Origin: Elusimicrobiota bacterium
GTDB taxonomy: Bacteria; Elusimicrobiota; Elusimicrobia; Elusimicrobiales; UBA9959
DNA: 37,579 bases
NCBI GenBank assembly: GCA_037137395.1
Contig: JBAXKK010000017.1
Location: 1 to 37,579, forward strand
Reading direction: 5' to 3'
Position numbers and translations under genes: made by a program. The notes beneath the pieces are model-generated. The model searched no databases, was not told where the DNA came from, and saw nothing but the letters and a program-made list of their open reading frames with translations. The stretch's first letter is position 1. Each line of letters opens with the position of its first letter. Shown piece after piece: positions 37,401 to 37,579 of the stretch.

Positions 37401-37579
37401 GATCAATTCAGTTGCGGCCAACAATGTCATCACAGCGGCAACGACTAATGCGATTACCGGCGGCACAGGCAACACGGTCACGGCGACCACCGGCAGCAAT
37501 ACGATCAATTCAGTTGCGGCCAATAATGTCATCACAGCGGCAACGACTAATGCGATTACCGGCGGCACAGGCAACACGG
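34450..37579 (+). CDS. large secreted Thr/Asn/Gly-rich repetitive adhesin, 3'-truncated by the window (possibly a trimeric autotransporter passenger)
   Basis: Absent from the ORF track because it has no stop in the window. AGGAG RBS, then MRKMNSRIAKFLITALLAPAVLFIGAAISPKSAHA/TDYVIGSNDD..., with repeats such as GTLGVTGATTL and NQLTGGTGNTVTATTGNNAITAT. The frame appears open for at least 1043 codons. Confidence 0.88.
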   Translation, partial: MRKMNSRIAKFLITALLAPAVLFIGAAISPKSAHATDYVIGSNDDIIITANQDAEVAGEGIWLRTGGGVTRMAILDGGIDAYTQLDMNENAITSGDYVTIQVDNDNGGTGAFIVNDMAGPGRGTVTVIDADAENTYLGSDATHVSGTLGVTGATTLGDSGDQTTINGNLDAKGGIDVSGGNLTLGNNSITGVYDITTNHDVSVGGTLGVTGASNLNGIDNGGDAITNVSYIQLNVGANVTTAGTLTLTGDSDSTTSSEGVLIKSKGDGSGGNISVLGTGVAVTGATSSMTGTTTATLTGGSSSATLNNSGVAISGNTSLTGTMSSTGNTTLATNASTTNTFGSGSSSVNTIGNAGSSANTVTGANNTLTATTDNILNATVNNELTATQQNQLVGGTGNTVTATTGNNAVTATAGSNTITANANNQSNTMYATGTNGANYLTANATSGTNSLEAKNNTIGVGTANSVNIVGNVGTSANTITGATNAMTSTTSNTIATTGGGSVTTALAGLTLTGATNTNTATISNAMTGSNAKVNLSNNSAQLSVTGGSAVTTTNTQLTALTASGQGLTIVNNGTVSLLNSVPDAFNSLSGHGLNITNAQTTLTGGTHSSSLTLQDSTATLSVGTAGTGEVQVIKATNNGTVTSVTIGGTSNVSNQMLATAAGGTNAIGAATSNTLTAGTTNVINATLQNQLTGGTGNVVTATTGNNAITATTGSNSLTANANDQSNTISADGSNGVNTLSADGATGKNYVTATGTNGINYLTANATTGTNNIEAKNNNMGVATANSINTVGNVGTSANTMTGLTNAMTATSANTLTAGTTNVINATLQNQLTGGTGNTVTATTGNNAITATAGSNSLTANANDQSNTISATGTNGINYLTANATSGTNNIEAKINNVGVASANSINTIGNADTSVNTVTGAVNYMTATLANTIYANGPDGTNTLSATLTNTLTAGTTNVINATLQNQLTGGTGNTVTATTGSNTINSVAANNVITAATTNAITGGTGNTVTATTGSNTINSVAANNVITAATTNAITGGTGNT
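36466..37579 (+). repeat. near-identical internal repeats in the second adhesin
   Basis: AATACTCTTACAGCCGG(C/A)ACCAC...CAGAACCAGCTGACCGGCGGCAC blocks at about 36466, 36886 and 37297. 102-bp (34-aa) tandem units start at 37354, 37456 and 37558. Confidence 0.85.

Noticed and set aside
34932..37577. Minus-strand Val/Leu/Pro-rich ORFs that look like membrane proteins
   Set aside because: They are antisense shadows of the plus-strand adhesin ORF starting at 34450, which has an RBS and a signal peptide.

Overview
Bacterial chromosomal window from a diderm (it encodes a two-partner secretion system); the taxon cannot be fixed from sequence alone. The left part (1-9.4 kb, minus strand) holds parA, parB, a secreted hypothetical, asd, glgB and a frameshifted GT-C/TPR glycosyltransferase. 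Upstream of parA are two non-canonical parS-like palindromes and a three-gene DUF2089/SHOCT-like module. A REP-associated HUH/Y1 transposase (RAYT) at 9.6-10.3 kb is surrounded by six copies of the hairpin AAAAAGGTAG-ACG-CTACCTTTTT, and four more copies occur about 18-21 kb away. The right part (10.6 kb to the end, plus strand) is a surface-adhesin island: a ~4,700-aa filamentous-haemagglutinin-type TpsA, its TpsB, a SurA/parvulin-like chaperone, a Cys-rich membrane protein, a TMTC-like GT-C/TPR protein, an AAA_14/DUF4143 ATPase, a polyprenol-phosphate-mannose synthase, a secreted hypothetical, and a second large Thr/Asn/Gly-rich adhesin ORF (34450 to beyond the window end, missing from the ORF track). 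Most island gene boundaries carry one mosaic repeat (heptamer array A, linker, heptamer array B, with or without the REP). Best leads: (1) a candidate lipid-linked O-mannosylation pathway for type V adhesins, (2) a RAYT/REP-linked, repeat-delimited cassette-like gene array, and (3) a parS variant paired with an Arg-to-Lys change in ParB's specificity helix.
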